Part shown: positions 9,107 to 18,839 of the stretch, piece after piece
How the letters are laid out: each line of letters opens with the position of its first letter
Numbering within the stretch: the stretch's first letter is position 1
Virus record (IMG/VR): IMGVR_UViG_3300005253_000186
Span: 20,458-84,457 of that record
Origin: a virus
Direction: 5' to 3' (one strand)
DNA: 64,000 nucleotides
Program-made: the position numbers and the translations under genes
Notes under the pieces: generated by a model
Databases searched by the model: none
What the model was told of the DNA's origin: nothing
The model's input: only the letters and a program-made list of their open reading frames with translations

Positions 9107-9433
9107 TTATCTCCAGGTCCTGAGCGGGTAAAGCGCGTCGATCTTTTTGCGAGCTCTTCTGTGCGACTTGAAGCGTTCGACCTCGGCAGGCTTCTGGCCG
9201 TGCTGAAGGAGAAGCTTTCCCCCGCCTCTCGACATAAGACCTCCTCTCGAGTACTCAATCGGCGTCTTGGCGACCCAGTCATCCCCCTCCTTGTAGATCA
9301 GGGCGCCATCGAATCTCACATACATGTTCTTGCTGATGCGCTCCCAGTCTTTCCTGGGCTTGTGACCGACCTTCTTTTCGAGTAGAGACTTCCTACCTCC
9401 TCTTGCCCATGGCGGCATAGATAATGAAATCAT
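9107..9433 (-). CDS. hypothetical basic protein
   Basis: GGAGG RBS. Confidence 0.55.
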   Translation of the reverse strand: MISLSMPPWARGGRKSLLEKKVGHKPRKDWERISKNMYVRFDGALIYKEGDDWVAKTPIEYSRGGLMSRGGGKLLLQHGQKPAEVERFKSHRRARKKIDALYPLRTWR

Positions 9434-9434
9434 A

Positions 9435-9878
9435 TTACCTCCCTGTTGAACCGAACCCCGCGTCCCCCCTGGACTCGTTCTCGGGCTTATCTTCGACCTG
9501 TGCGAGGAAAATCTTGTCGAGCTTGAACGGCACCATCTGGGCGATCCTGTCTCCGACCTTATACCGGAAAGGCTGGGTGCCGAAGTTAAGCAGAATCACC
9601 CTGATCTCACCAGTGTAATCCTGGTCAACAGTTCCAGGCGCATTCATGACGAACACGCCTTGCTTGGCAGCAAGTCCGCTCCTGGACCTGATCTGGACCT
9701 CAAACCCAGACTCTATGCCAAGATGAATTCCGGTCGGCACAACTCCCCATGACATGGGGCCAATCGCGCCGCCTTCGCATGCGTACAGGTCAAAACCTGA
9801 ATCCGTCGGATTCGACTTGGTCGGCATCTGCGCATCCTCGTGCGCGAGGTATATCTGCAACGTTGCCGGGTGTTCCAT
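9435..9878 (-). CDS. dut: dUTP diphosphatase (trimeric dUTPase)
   Basis: motifs SGFDL, RSGLA, GTVDQDYTGE, IAQ, RGDAGFGSTG. Confidence 0.95.
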   Translation of the reverse strand: MEHPATLQIYLAHEDAQMPTKSNPTDSGFDLYACEGGAIGPMSWGVVPTGIHLGIESGFEVQIRSRSGLAAKQGVFVMNAPGTVDQDYTGEIRVILLNFGTQPFRYKVGDRIAQMVPFKLDKIFLAQVEDKPENESRGDAGFGSTGR

Positions 9879-9894
9879 CTGTTTCTCCTGAAAA

Positions 9895-9980
9895 TGGCGG
9901 AGAGCGGAAGATTCGAACTCCACCCCTCTCGGGGCCACCTGTGTTCCAAACAGGGCCAGCTCCTCGCTGGTTCACTCTCC
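9895..9980 (-). tRNA. tRNA-Ser(GGA)
   Basis: cloverleaf, long variable arm, CCA. Confidence 0.9.
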
Positions 9981-11398
9981 ATCTTTGGTGTACAAGTACA
10001 ATAGCAGTCCAGCCCCGAATGATCCAGCGCCCCACTTCTCTGAGAGTATCCGTTTTGTCTCTGACCACGCAATGATTCTAACCACGTAGTTATCTTGCGT
10101 CGTCGCCAGGCCCCAGATCGGGCGGCTGGGCTTGCCCCCGTCAGGATAATATCGGATCATGGCGCAGCCTCCACGGAGAGAAGGTTCCCCTCATAGTTCC
10201 CCTCATAGTCCCTCTCCGTGGCGTAGAAGTATACCAGGATGCCAGCGCCAACGGAACCATTGTTCCAGGCCTCCCATTTTCTCCAGGCCCATGGGTCTCG
10301 GACTGTGATTATCCCTGAAGCCTCCTTTTCTGCCTTCAAATACTGGCGCGCCTCTTTGAGCATCTTTATATCGGGCTCCCCATCGTCATCCACCACGATC
10401 ATAGGTCGCCCGTCGTAGGAAAGAGCTTCCGTTTGGACGCCATTGCAGGCAGCAAATATCGCCTCTTTGTAGTTGCCCCCGGATCCGTGGAATCCAAAGA
10501 AGACAAGCCCTGCCGTGGCTAGTTTTTCGCGATCTTCATACATCGCGTAGTTGGCCTCTTCGACCGATACCTCTATCCAGGTTTCTTCTTCCTGTTCTAC
10601 TGCATCGTACCAATCCTCACCCATGGCTGAGCAGAATTTTGGTTCATCAGACTTTCGGAATGTTATGTACAGCGAACAACGGTCTCCCATGACTAGGCCT
10701 CCTGTGCTTCATGGCTAGGAATACAGATACAACAGAAGTCCAGCTCCGAGAGATCCTTTGTTCCATCTCCGCAAAAGCTTCTTCACCAAATCTCCGTACT
10801 TCATGGACCTGGCCATCGTGAGATAGTCTGCGGTCGGTATTCTGCTCATAGCCGTTCCTCCCGACCGCAAAGGAATAACATGATCCCATCTCCTAGCGAA
10901 GATTCGTGGTTCCACCTTAGGAGAATTCTCCAGTACAAAAGATCCTGCTTTTCTATCTCGCTTATCGCCCGATACTCGTGCTCTAGCTCGGCCTGGTAGA
11001 CACGAAGCTTTTCCATTTCCTCGACTTCGTCGTAGGCGCCGTCCCACGCGGGCTTTGGCTCTTCTGGCTTACGTGGTAGATCCCAGTCTAGGTCCATCAG
11101 ATCTCACCGTACAAAAACAGAAAAATACCGGCGCCAATAGATCCGTGCCACCACCTGTTCTTCCACAAAGAGACAGTGTTCCCATAGCCGTATGCTTCAC
11201 GCCAAGCGGTGAATTCCTTGCTATCAAGATCAAGCAGCGAGTCTCTCATAGTGCCTTCCTCCAGATAAACAGAGCGATTCCGGCCCCTATAGACCTGCTG
11301 CTCCTCCAATGTTGCCGGAGCATTCTTATTTGAAGGCGAACGATAGCGTCGGCCTCTGGATCTGTCATAGAGCGGATCATGTTCATCGTAAGTTCCAT
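9972..11398 (-). CDS. array of 6 small paralogues with C-terminal W..xS[ILVF]G[AD]G[IL]xx[YF] motif (9972-10160, 10157-10690, 10715-10849, 10846-11097, 11097-11249, 11246-11398)
   Basis: WGAGSFGAGLLLYLY, WNNGSVGAGILVYFY, WNKGSLGAGLLLYLY, WNHESSLGDGIMLFL, WHGSIGAGIFLFLY, WRSSRSIGAGIALFI; mostly translationally coupled. Confidence 0.75.
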
Positions 11399-11413
11399 TG
11401 GAATCTCCGCAGA

Positions 11414-11499
11414 TGGCGGAAGCAGTGGGACTCGAACCCACAAGGCAGTTACGCCCACTTGTTTTCAAGACAAGCCCCTCGTCCAGCCGGTCTACTTCC
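11414..11499 (-). tRNA. tRNA-Ser(TGA)
   Basis: cloverleaf, long variable arm, CCA. Confidence 0.9.
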
Positions 11500-14356
11500 T
11501 AGAACTTTCCACTCAGGATATGGTACTGTCCACACTTAAGGCAGCAAGGCTTCCTGACGTTCGGAACCAGCATCATGATATTCTCGCATCTCTTGCAGAT
11601 CATAGCCACTCCTATGCCGTAAGGCGCGTCCATGTGGATGATTGGATACGGCTCATACAACCCGTCTAGGTACCTGCTTATACCGTCTCCCAGGTTCTTC
11701 ATTCTGGATCATCTCCGCTTCATCGCTGGGACCACAATAGCCAGCTTGCCGCATCCAATGCAAATAAAAGCATGCGGCCCCTTTGAATGCATCCTATGCC
11801 CATTCGGGGCGTTGCATCGTGGACACCTTTGATTCTGACCTTCGATTTCGACGTGCGGATCTTCGTCGTACATCCCCCTCAGGAATACCCAAATCCTGTA
11901 CCCAATTGTCACGTGGTTTGGCATCAGCGCCTGCCCCCCTTCAGGACGACGGTGTTTACCCCATGGCAGTGGCCGCAGTGTATTTCGGTGCAGATCTTCT
12001 CAAGCCAGGAAGTTGTATTAAGCTCTCGGCAATAGGCGCACAGCCAGTGCCTCCCGCTTGTCCAGGGATTCGTGATTTTCGCGTCAGGATTAACTGCTCG
12101 TACCGCCTCGACCACTGGCCATTCGCCCCATCTCGACAGGAATCGTGAGATTCTGCCCCCGATTGTCCATTTGTAGTCCGTGTGATCCATCAGTTCCGCT
12201 CTCTCCCGCCTATGCAGACGATGTGTCCAGCGTCGCACTCGTGACAGCTAGTGCGGTACGGGTTCGTATAGGTTACCGCGGCAAGTCCATCCATATGGAG
12301 GAACCCGCAGGATACGCAGCGCCAGGCCCTCCGGTAGTCGAAGACAGTGCGGACGACGTAGCTCTCATTAAAATCTCCTCTACGTCCGATAAAGCTCGTT
12401 ATCCTGAATCCGAGGCTCATTTGCCGTGCCTCCTCTTGCGCGGTGTCGAGATGTAGGTGAACCCGCACTCAATGTTCGAGCATGAGAGAACAAGCGGCTG
12501 CGGCCTGTGCTTGTGCTCCACTTTGATGGTCCCGCATTGTGGGCACTTGAACAGGCCCCTGTGTTCGATTATGGGACGCTGTCTGTAGGTCCCCCGGTCG
12601 CCCAGGAATAGCTTCATCTTAAGTCCGAGGCTCATCCCTTCTCCTTCAGGCGAATCAGAGAACCGCATTTATCGCACATGTAATTGCCGTCGCGGAACTT
12701 TTCATCAAAGTTGACCAAGGCGTAATCGATTAAACACCGAGGGCATGGCGGATATGCAAACACCATTCCGCTGGTCACTTCAACTATGTACTGGCCCCTC
12801 GTAAAGGCGAAGATAATCCGTCCGATATTCATTCTATCGTCTCCGCGAGTATCACCAGATAAGATTGACCGCAACCGAGACAGAAAAATTCTTTCGGAGT
12901 TTTGGCTGGGAACCTCACATAGACGCCTCCCATTCCCGTGGGACACACAATGCACTCGTATCTAACGGCTTCCAACTTCTCCCTCTTGGTGATCATTGTG
13001 TCTCTCTGCTGGATAAACGCGAACATCCTAATCCCAAGATTCATTCCGGCCTCCTGAAAATTAAAATGTACGGTTGCCAGCATCTGTCACACGCGCCTTC
13101 TGCGGTGCGGCCTCCATTCCAGTCTACATTAACTATTCCTTCTACGCATTTCGAGCATTGGTACTTGTCCTCTACAAGTCGATGCTCCTTATTGAGGATC
13201 AGCGTCTCCTTGTCCTGGAGGAATGCGTGGATCATGCCACCAACAGTCACGGGACACCTGTTACAATATGAGGTTGCCCGCATCCTCGGCAGTGAGCCCT
13301 GACTGTCTTCCCGCCTATCCCTGGCATGGTCCTTTGCCAGTCTACTCGAATCCTCCCGCCGCAATCGTCGCAGTCATAGGTTTTTATATACGGCAGTCCG
13401 ATGTTTTTGAATTTCAACACACTTGGCGTCTTCCTGAGAAGGAAAACGTAGATCATGTATCCAAGAGTCATTTACGTCTCCCTTTCCCTTATTCGGTAGA
13501 CCCGGCGACAGTAGTCGCAGGCACAGTGAATGGGGAAGATTTTGTCCCAATCTACTTCAATCCTCCCTATGGTACAAATGCGGCAAGCGTAAGATTCTCC
13601 CCGAATAAGAGGGGCTATGTGTACATACGGCAATTGTTCGTTTATGAACGCGAATATCTGGTAGCCAAGAGTAATTGGATAGCCAAGAGCCATACCTATC
13701 TCCTAGGTCTAAGGAGCTCATGTCTTCTAAACAGGTACCTTTTCCCGCACGTACATGTAGTGTAGTGCGGCATTTCCCTCTGGCGCCCAACTCTCTGGTC
13801 GCAGTAGATGCACTTGGTCCAAGAGGTAGAGGTGAACACGATGACCACGTCCTGGTCAAAGCTGTATATGTTGTACACGAGATCGAAAATCATGTGTCCG
13901 AGGGTCATTGTAATCTCCCGGAATCAAGGATGCTAAGGCGCCCCATGATGTATCTCTTTCCGCATTGGCAGGTCAGAAGGTGGGGATTGAGAAACAGGGG
14001 GCGTAGAACATGGGCGCATCTAGCGCAAACGAACTCCCAGGAGCCGGGCATAATCATGGCGTAACTGGATTCACACCTGTAGTAGATGAAATTGAAGATC
14101 GTATCTCCGAGCGTCATGCCCTGACCCCCTCTCGTGCGGTGTTCATCCATCGCCTTCTCCTGAACGCGAACCTCTTCCCGCACTCGCATGATGTGAAGTG
14201 GGGAGCGTTTTCTAGGCGTAGAATCTTTTTTCCGCATCGGGGACACGTAGTCCCATGCAGTGCCTCGCGCAGTCCGGAGTGGAATATGATGGTCAAATCT
14301 TCGTCGAAGTCGTACATGTTGTAGATGAGCTGATAGATCATCGTGCCGATGGTCAT
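11499..14356 (-). CDS. array of 13 small Zn-ribbon paralogues with N-terminal [TSN][LIV]Gxx[IM]xx[FLY] motif (11499-11702, 11709-11924, 11924-12190, 12190-12420, 12417-12635, 12632-12832, 12829-13044, 13041-13250, 13247-13471, 13472-13693, 13696-13908, 13905-14117, 14114-14356)
   Basis: each 65-90 aa with two Cys pairs; many ATGA stop/start overlaps; starts reassigned using RBS and the shared motif. Confidence 0.8.
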
Positions 14357-14372
14357 GTGAGACTCCTAAGAA

Positions 14373-14460
14373 TGGCGGGGTGTGCGAGACTCGAACTCGC
14401 AAGGCATGTTTCAGCCCACACCGTCTCGAACGGTGATCTTCATCCAGCCAGATACACCCC
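14373..14460 (-). tRNA. tRNA-Ser(CGA)
   Basis: cloverleaf, long variable arm, CCA. Confidence 0.9.
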
Positions 14461-14476
14461 TAGATGCCATCTCTAC

Positions 14477-15037
14477 TTATCCCACATATTTGCGCCATAC
14501 AGACCTGCTCTTGACCTTGATCTGGAGCATGGCCATTGGGTCAGGCCTGACTGGCTTCCTGCGCAGTTTCATGCCGGCCTCGCCTGGTGTTTGGTCGGCC
14601 TTGTCAGAATTGCATGGCGAGCAGGACGTGACACAGTTGATCCAGGAGGTCCTTCCGCCCTGGGCCTTGGGCGTCACGTGGTCGATGGTCACGCCTTCCC
14701 GCCCAGGCTGGCTGCCGCAGTACTGGCAGGTGTACTTGTCGCGCTTGAAGATTGAGTACTTGGAGAAGTTCCTGCCCATCTTGGGTATCTCCCCGTACTC
14801 CGTCAGAACGATGGCCTCGGGGACCTGAACGTCATAGCTGGTGGTCTTGACGAACGGCATGCCAGGATCGACTCCGCGCTCAACCCAGGAGCCAAACCTA
14901 TGCGTGCTGTAATCCCTGCCGTCGACGGCCACTGCCTTCCCGCAGTACATCTTCACCATCGCTTCGCTGGCCGGCTCTACGCTAACTGGCCTCCATCCTT
15001 TATTAAGAATGAGCACGGGTTCGTCCAGGGGTCTCAT
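14477..15037 (-). CDS. HNH endonuclease (McrA-like)
   Basis: VLILNKGWRP; IFKRDKYTCQYCG; TIDHVTPKAQGG; NCVTSCSPCNSDK. Confidence 0.9.
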   Translation of the reverse strand: MRPLDEPVLILNKGWRPVSVEPASEAMVKMYCGKAVAVDGRDYSTHRFGSWVERGVDPGMPFVKTTSYDVQVPEAIVLTEYGEIPKMGRNFSKYSIFKRDKYTCQYCGSQPGREGVTIDHVTPKAQGGRTSWINCVTSCSPCNSDKADQTPGEAGMKLRRKPVRPDPMAMLQIKVKSRSVWRKYVG

Positions 15038-15186
15038 CTTGCCCTCCTTTCTTCGGGTTTATATATAGAGGTCCGTCGAGCCTTTTCTCGCGTCGGCAAA
15101 GCATCGTCCGCGGTCCACGTCCCGGTTCGGGGGCTGCCTTTTTACAGGGCCCGCAGGCTACGTCTTTTTTCAGTTCCGGCCGGACC

Positions 15187-15462
15187 TCAATGTGTCGGTT
15201 CTCCTCCGCAGCCTCCGTCTCCGATGTTCTTGCGATACCACTTGGCAAATTCATCATAGTTGATCCAGTGCACATAATCATGCTTGCACTTGGGGCAGAC
15301 AGTCTGCCCGGGGCCACCTTCCGTAATGTACTCCACGGGATCAGTGTCTGGCTTTGGCAGGATCCGGTAGTCTTCCCATTTGAATTTACAGTCGTAGCAC
15401 TCGTACCAGCAAGGCGGAAATGTCTTCTGGGTCTGCTGTTTCGCCCTCTTTCTCTTAGCCAT
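15187..15462 (-). CDS. Zn-ribbon protein
   Basis: YECYDC...CPKCKH. Confidence 0.6.
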   Translation of the reverse strand: MAKRKRAKQQTQKTFPPCWYECYDCKFKWEDYRILPKPDTDPVEYITEGGPGQTVCPKCKHDYVHWINYDEFAKWYRKNIGDGGCGGEPTH

Positions 15463-15674
15463 TACTCGGCGTCGTGTATTGGTGCGCCGCCACACGCCAT
15501 GGATATTACTCGCTGGGTCATGACTTGAATATCAATCTTCTCGCTCGAATTTGTCAGATGGTGTTGCAGCAAGTCGTAGATTCTGCCGAACTCGTCTCCT
15601 GGATCATCTTTTGGGGTTCCATGGTCTTCGAATTGAAACATAGTCGTTTTTTCGACAATTACTTCGATCTTCAT
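15462..15674 (-). CDS. hypothetical protein
   Basis: start reassigned to MKIEVI with GGAG. Confidence 0.55.
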   Translation of the reverse strand: MKIEVIVEKTTMFQFEDHGTPKDDPGDEFGRIYDLLQHHLTNSSEKIDIQVMTQRVISMACGGAPIHDAE

Positions 15675-15694
15675 ATTATCTCCCTGGACGTGGT

Positions 15695-15779
15695 TGGTGA
15701 GGGCGGTGGGATTCGAACCCACAAGGCCGAAGCCAGCCGGTCTTAAACCGGCCGTGTCTGCCAATTGCACCACGCCCCC
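15695..15779 (-). tRNA. tRNA-Leu(TAA)
   Basis: cloverleaf, long variable arm, CCA. Confidence 0.92.
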
Positions 15780-15798
15780 AGCGTCTTTGCCTGTTAGA

Positions 15799-15987
15799 CT
15801 ACTGGCCCTTCTTTCCAGTGGCTTCCGTCGTGTGCGTTGTAAACAAGTGAGCCTCAACCGCCGAAATCGCTTGGTGCTGCTCCTTCATCATGTCAATGAG
15901 AGTCTCGTCTCCATCCGTAAGGCTCTCGTCCAGAGCGTTCTCGCGAGCGAGATCCAGGACGACTGCCAAAGCTTCTTCAAAGGTCAT
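15799..15987 (-). CDS. hypothetical acidic protein
   Basis: AAGGAG RBS. Confidence 0.55.
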   Translation of the reverse strand: MTFEEALAVVLDLARENALDESLTDGDETLIDMMKEQHQAISAVEAHLFTTHTTEATGKKGQ

Positions 15988-16010
15988 CGCAATCTCCTTA
16001 TGGTTAAAAA

Positions 16011-16094
16011 TGGTGGGGCGAGACGGAGTCGAACCGCCAAAGCCGAAGCGTCTCGTTTACAGCGAGGTGGGCTCTCCACATGCCCAGTCGCCCC
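16011..16094 (-). tRNA. tRNA-Tyr(GTA)
   Basis: cloverleaf, long variable arm, CCA. Confidence 0.9.
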
Positions 16095-16096
16095 AT

Positions 16097-16393
16097 GAAG
16101 CCCAGGAGGGTCGTAGCATCTACCCGGCAAGCAAGCCGGTGCACATCACCCCAATACGGGCAGACGAGCTGTAGGCTGCCCCCTGGACTTCGGTTTGGGT
16201 GGCCTCCGGGTCATAGCATCGCTTCCACTGGTTTCCCTCGCCGGGAAGAGCTTCTGCGGCTACCCTTCGGCCATAGTTAATAAGTAACAGTCTCGGGATC
16301 ATGGCATCGCGGCATTGGACCTTTCAAGGATCCAATGTTACCCTGGCTCCACGGGGTACAATTCCCGTTGCCTGGCGGCTCCCCCGAGACTGT
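16097..16393 (-). ncRNA. three tandem structured RNAs sharing an AU-bulged helix (16097-16191, 16200-16273, 16287-16393)
   Basis: each closed by a terminal stem and containing AGC-CNN paired to NNG-AT-GCY-AYGA. Confidence 0.65.
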
Positions 16394-16396
16394 ATC

Positions 16397-16475
16397 TGGT
16401 GTCCATGGAGGGAGTCGAACCCTCAAAATCTCCTGCCCCTCAAGCAGGCGGCTTTGCCAGTTTGCCCACACGGAC
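16397..16475 (-). tRNA. tRNA-Leu(GAG), short variable arm
   Basis: cloverleaf, CCA. Confidence 0.88.
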
Positions 16476-16504
16476 ATTCTTTCTCCAACTAGACGAAGTG
16501 GCTT

Positions 16505-16957
16505 TTATTCGACCGTGATTGAAAAGACACAAGGGTCGCTTTCATTCCCTTGGCTGTCTATTAAAATGACCGTGACAGAAGGGTCGGCGGCGTGTAGCCA
16601 TGGATCATAGCCATTCTGCACCCAAATTAAATCGCCAGAGTCAATATCAACAGATGGCCAGTTGTCGAACATTGGCACAGTAACGTTCACTATAAATTCA
16701 GTACCACCTTGAATATTTGTGGCCCATCCAGGAATAATATAAACTGGGCTAGTTGCGCTCTGTGCGACTGTAATATCGCCTCCGCAGGTGAATGCTGGAG
16801 TTCCTGGTTCCGGAGTTGGCTCCGGTTCGGGGGCTGGGCCTGGGGCTGAAGGTTTTTGATGTGAATGACTATCCCACGGAGGATGTGCTAAGGGATATTT
16901 CTCACAACCAGTGAGAAGCACAAATCCGATTAACATCGTTAGCGTTTTCATTCTCAT
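16505..16957 (-). CDS. putative lipoprotein
   Basis: signal peptide with LLTG|C lipobox, Pro-rich linker; visibly lower GC than flanks. Confidence 0.7.
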   Translation of the reverse strand: MRMKTLTMLIGFVLLTGCEKYPLAHPPWDSHSHQKPSAPGPAPEPEPTPEPGTPAFTCGGDITVAQSATSPVYIIPGWATNIQGGTEFIVNVTVPMFDNWPSVDIDSGDLIWVQNGYDPWLHAADPSVTVILIDSQGNESDPCVFSITVE

Positions 16958-17012
16958 CTTTTTTCCTTAGGCTGGTGGCCAGGCTAATCTAGGGACGGCT
17001 TCGCCACACCCG

Positions 17013-17273
17013 CTACTTATCGTCTTCATCGTCCAGTGCCGCAAATAGTTCTGCCCATGGACCGTCTGCCGGCAGGATCATGATTATCGGGACTTCTGAT
17101 TCACGAAGTGTGCCGTCCGGATCGATACCCTTTGCCTCCGATGTTACCATTTCTTGGGCAACGACCGTGTCTGTGTAAAGGAACTGGTCGTCTGAATCGT
17201 GCCCGCATGGCACGCTGACCTCAAGATCCTGGTCGTACTTTGACAGTAAGCTGATAAGAGCTTTGACTTTCAT
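17013..17273 (-). CDS. hypothetical protein
   Basis: MKVKALISLLSKYDQDLEV phage-type N-terminus; AGGAGG; GGTATAAG upstream. Confidence 0.65.
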   Translation of the reverse strand: MKVKALISLLSKYDQDLEVSVPCGHDSDDQFLYTDTVVAQEMVTSEAKGIDPDGTLRESEVPIIMILPADGPWAELFAALDDEDDK

Positions 17274-17307
17274 GTGAAATCCTCCTGGTGATCTTATACC
17301 AGGAACA

Positions 17308-17383
17308 TGGTCCGGCAGGGTGGAATCGAACCACCGACCTGTCGCTTATAAGACGACCGCTCTTACCCCTGAGCTACTGCCGG
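17308..17383 (-). tRNA. tRNA-Ile(TAT)
   Basis: canonical cloverleaf, loop CT-TAT-AA, discriminator A, CCA. Confidence 0.9.
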
Positions 17384-17788
17384 ATCCTTTCGAGCCCAAT
17401 GTTGCCACGCCTTGCCATTTAGATCGTCATCCTGAGATGCGATCATCAAGTATCCGACAACATAACTGATAAATGTGTCTGGTTCAATGTACGTCCCCTG
17501 GAATCTTCTTGATGGATATGGGCAGTTGCCCGCACCCACAGGGTGCCCGTCCCAGAGGATATTGGTCCCGCATTCTGGACAATATCGACTGGCGCTAGGG
17601 AGAAAAGGTGTCTTCCCATAGACCAAGTCGCCGGAAGCTCCCTCTAGGCCCCCGTTCCCATTTGGCCTAATGTCTTCAGTGACGATGCATCTTGGCCGGA
17701 GGCATTTTGGACAGAGGACGATGGACCCGGCCGGGATGGAGTTCCTTTTACCATGCTGCAAACCGGCTAGGCTAACCGTCTTGATCAC
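17363..17788 (-). CDS. Zn-finger protein, AGSI-CxxC family
   Basis: IPAGSIVLCPKC...CPEC; paralogous to 21300-21668 and 44462-44815. Confidence 0.6.
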   Translation of the reverse strand: MIKTVSLAGLQHGKRNSIPAGSIVLCPKCLRPRCIVTEDIRPNGNGGLEGASGDLVYGKTPFLPSASRYCPECGTNILWDGHPVGAGNCPYPSRRFQGTYIEPDTFISYVVGYLMIASQDDDLNGKAWQHWARKDPAVAQG

Positions 17789-18180
17789 CCCAAGTACTTC
17801 GAGTTCGAGGCAGACCAGGCTTCCTTCCAGCCCCACTGATCCTGGACATACTCGCGGAACTGGTTGTCACTGAGCTTGATCTCGTCATCCGATGACATTT
17901 TGAGCATCTGGATGATTCTTTCGTACTCCTCGGTGTGGTCCTCGGGCTCCTCGAACAGGACGTTTGTGATTGCCTGGGTGTGGCGATGGCCATGTCCACG
18001 GTCCGCCTTGACGGTAGTGAGATCGCCCTCTTTTGCGCCCGCCGCTACCTTGTCGGCTTCTTCGGCGACTTCCTTGAGCCATCCCTTGCGGGCCTTCTTG
18101 AAGTCCTCTCCGTGCTTATCGCGGTTCTCGGTCAGCTTTTCAAGAAGATCATACTTCTTGAAGTTCATTGAGAAACTCAT
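17785..18180 (-). CDS. hypothetical protein
   Basis: ORF track, coupled to neighbours. Confidence 0.65.
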   Translation of the reverse strand: MSFSMNFKKYDLLEKLTENRDKHGEDFKKARKGWLKEVAEEADKVAAGAKEGDLTTVKADRGHGHRHTQAITNVLFEEPEDHTEEYERIIQMLKMSSDDEIKLSDNQFREYVQDQWGWKEAWSASNSKYLG

Positions 18181-18377
18181 CTGCTTACTCCCTTTTGTTT
18201 GTATTGGTTTTTGCGGTGGCGCTTCCAGGAGCGATCTTCAATATCGCTGCGCCATTGATCATCCCAGGCCGTCGGTATCATCCTGGGGGTCCTCTTGCCT
18301 CGGACAGGCCAGTCCTGATTTGCCGCTCGTTCCTGATGAGTCCGAGGGTACTTCAGCATATCCTTGATTCTTCCCAT
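18177..18377 (-). CDS. small Arg/Lys/Trp-rich protein
   Basis: PTAWDD...RSWKRHRKNQYK; AGGAGG. Confidence 0.6.
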   Translation of the reverse strand: MGRIKDMLKYPRTHQERAANQDWPVRGKRTPRMIPTAWDDQWRSDIEDRSWKRHRKNQYKQKGVSR

Positions 18378-18443
18378 GGTTCATCCTCCTAGTGTGGTCA
18401 CTAGGGAGGATGGGCTGATTCAAACATCACAGTCTCCTTGAGT

Positions 18444-18520
18444 TGGTACTCCCGGCAGGATTCGAACCTGCAATTAACTGCTTTAGAAGAGCAGCGCCTT
18501 TCCTATTAGACCACGGGAGC
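18444..18520 (-). tRNA. tRNA-Arg(TCT)
   Basis: cloverleaf, CCA. Confidence 0.92.
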
Positions 18521-18533
18521 TACTATTTTTCTA

Positions 18534-18839
18534 TCACGAACAGACGAATCTTATGACCGACACGTCCTCGGGTAGTTGTGTCGTGTCGACCTCGAAACCC
18601 GTCGATTCTTTCTCGCTGTACTTCTTCAGCCATGGCGGGAGCTCTTTTTTCTCCGCACACTGCGACCAGCACCCCGCCTCCACCCCTGATTCGTCGGGTG
18701 GCTCTCTATTGAAGAACTTGTCGACTTCCTTGGGCGGCTCGATTCCGGCCTCTTCACACGAATCCCAGACGGCTTTCATCTTCTTCCACTTCTCGTTGGG
18801 TGGCTTAAACGCCTCAACATGCATCGACATTATTCCCAT
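18534..18839 (-). CDS. hypothetical protein
   Basis: GGGAG RBS, coupled to AAA gene. Confidence 0.65.
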   Translation of the reverse strand: MGIMSMHVEAFKPPNEKWKKMKAVWDSCEEAGIEPPKEVDKFFNREPPDESGVEAGCWSQCAEKKELPPWLKKYSEKESTGFEVDTTQLPEDVSVIRFVCS

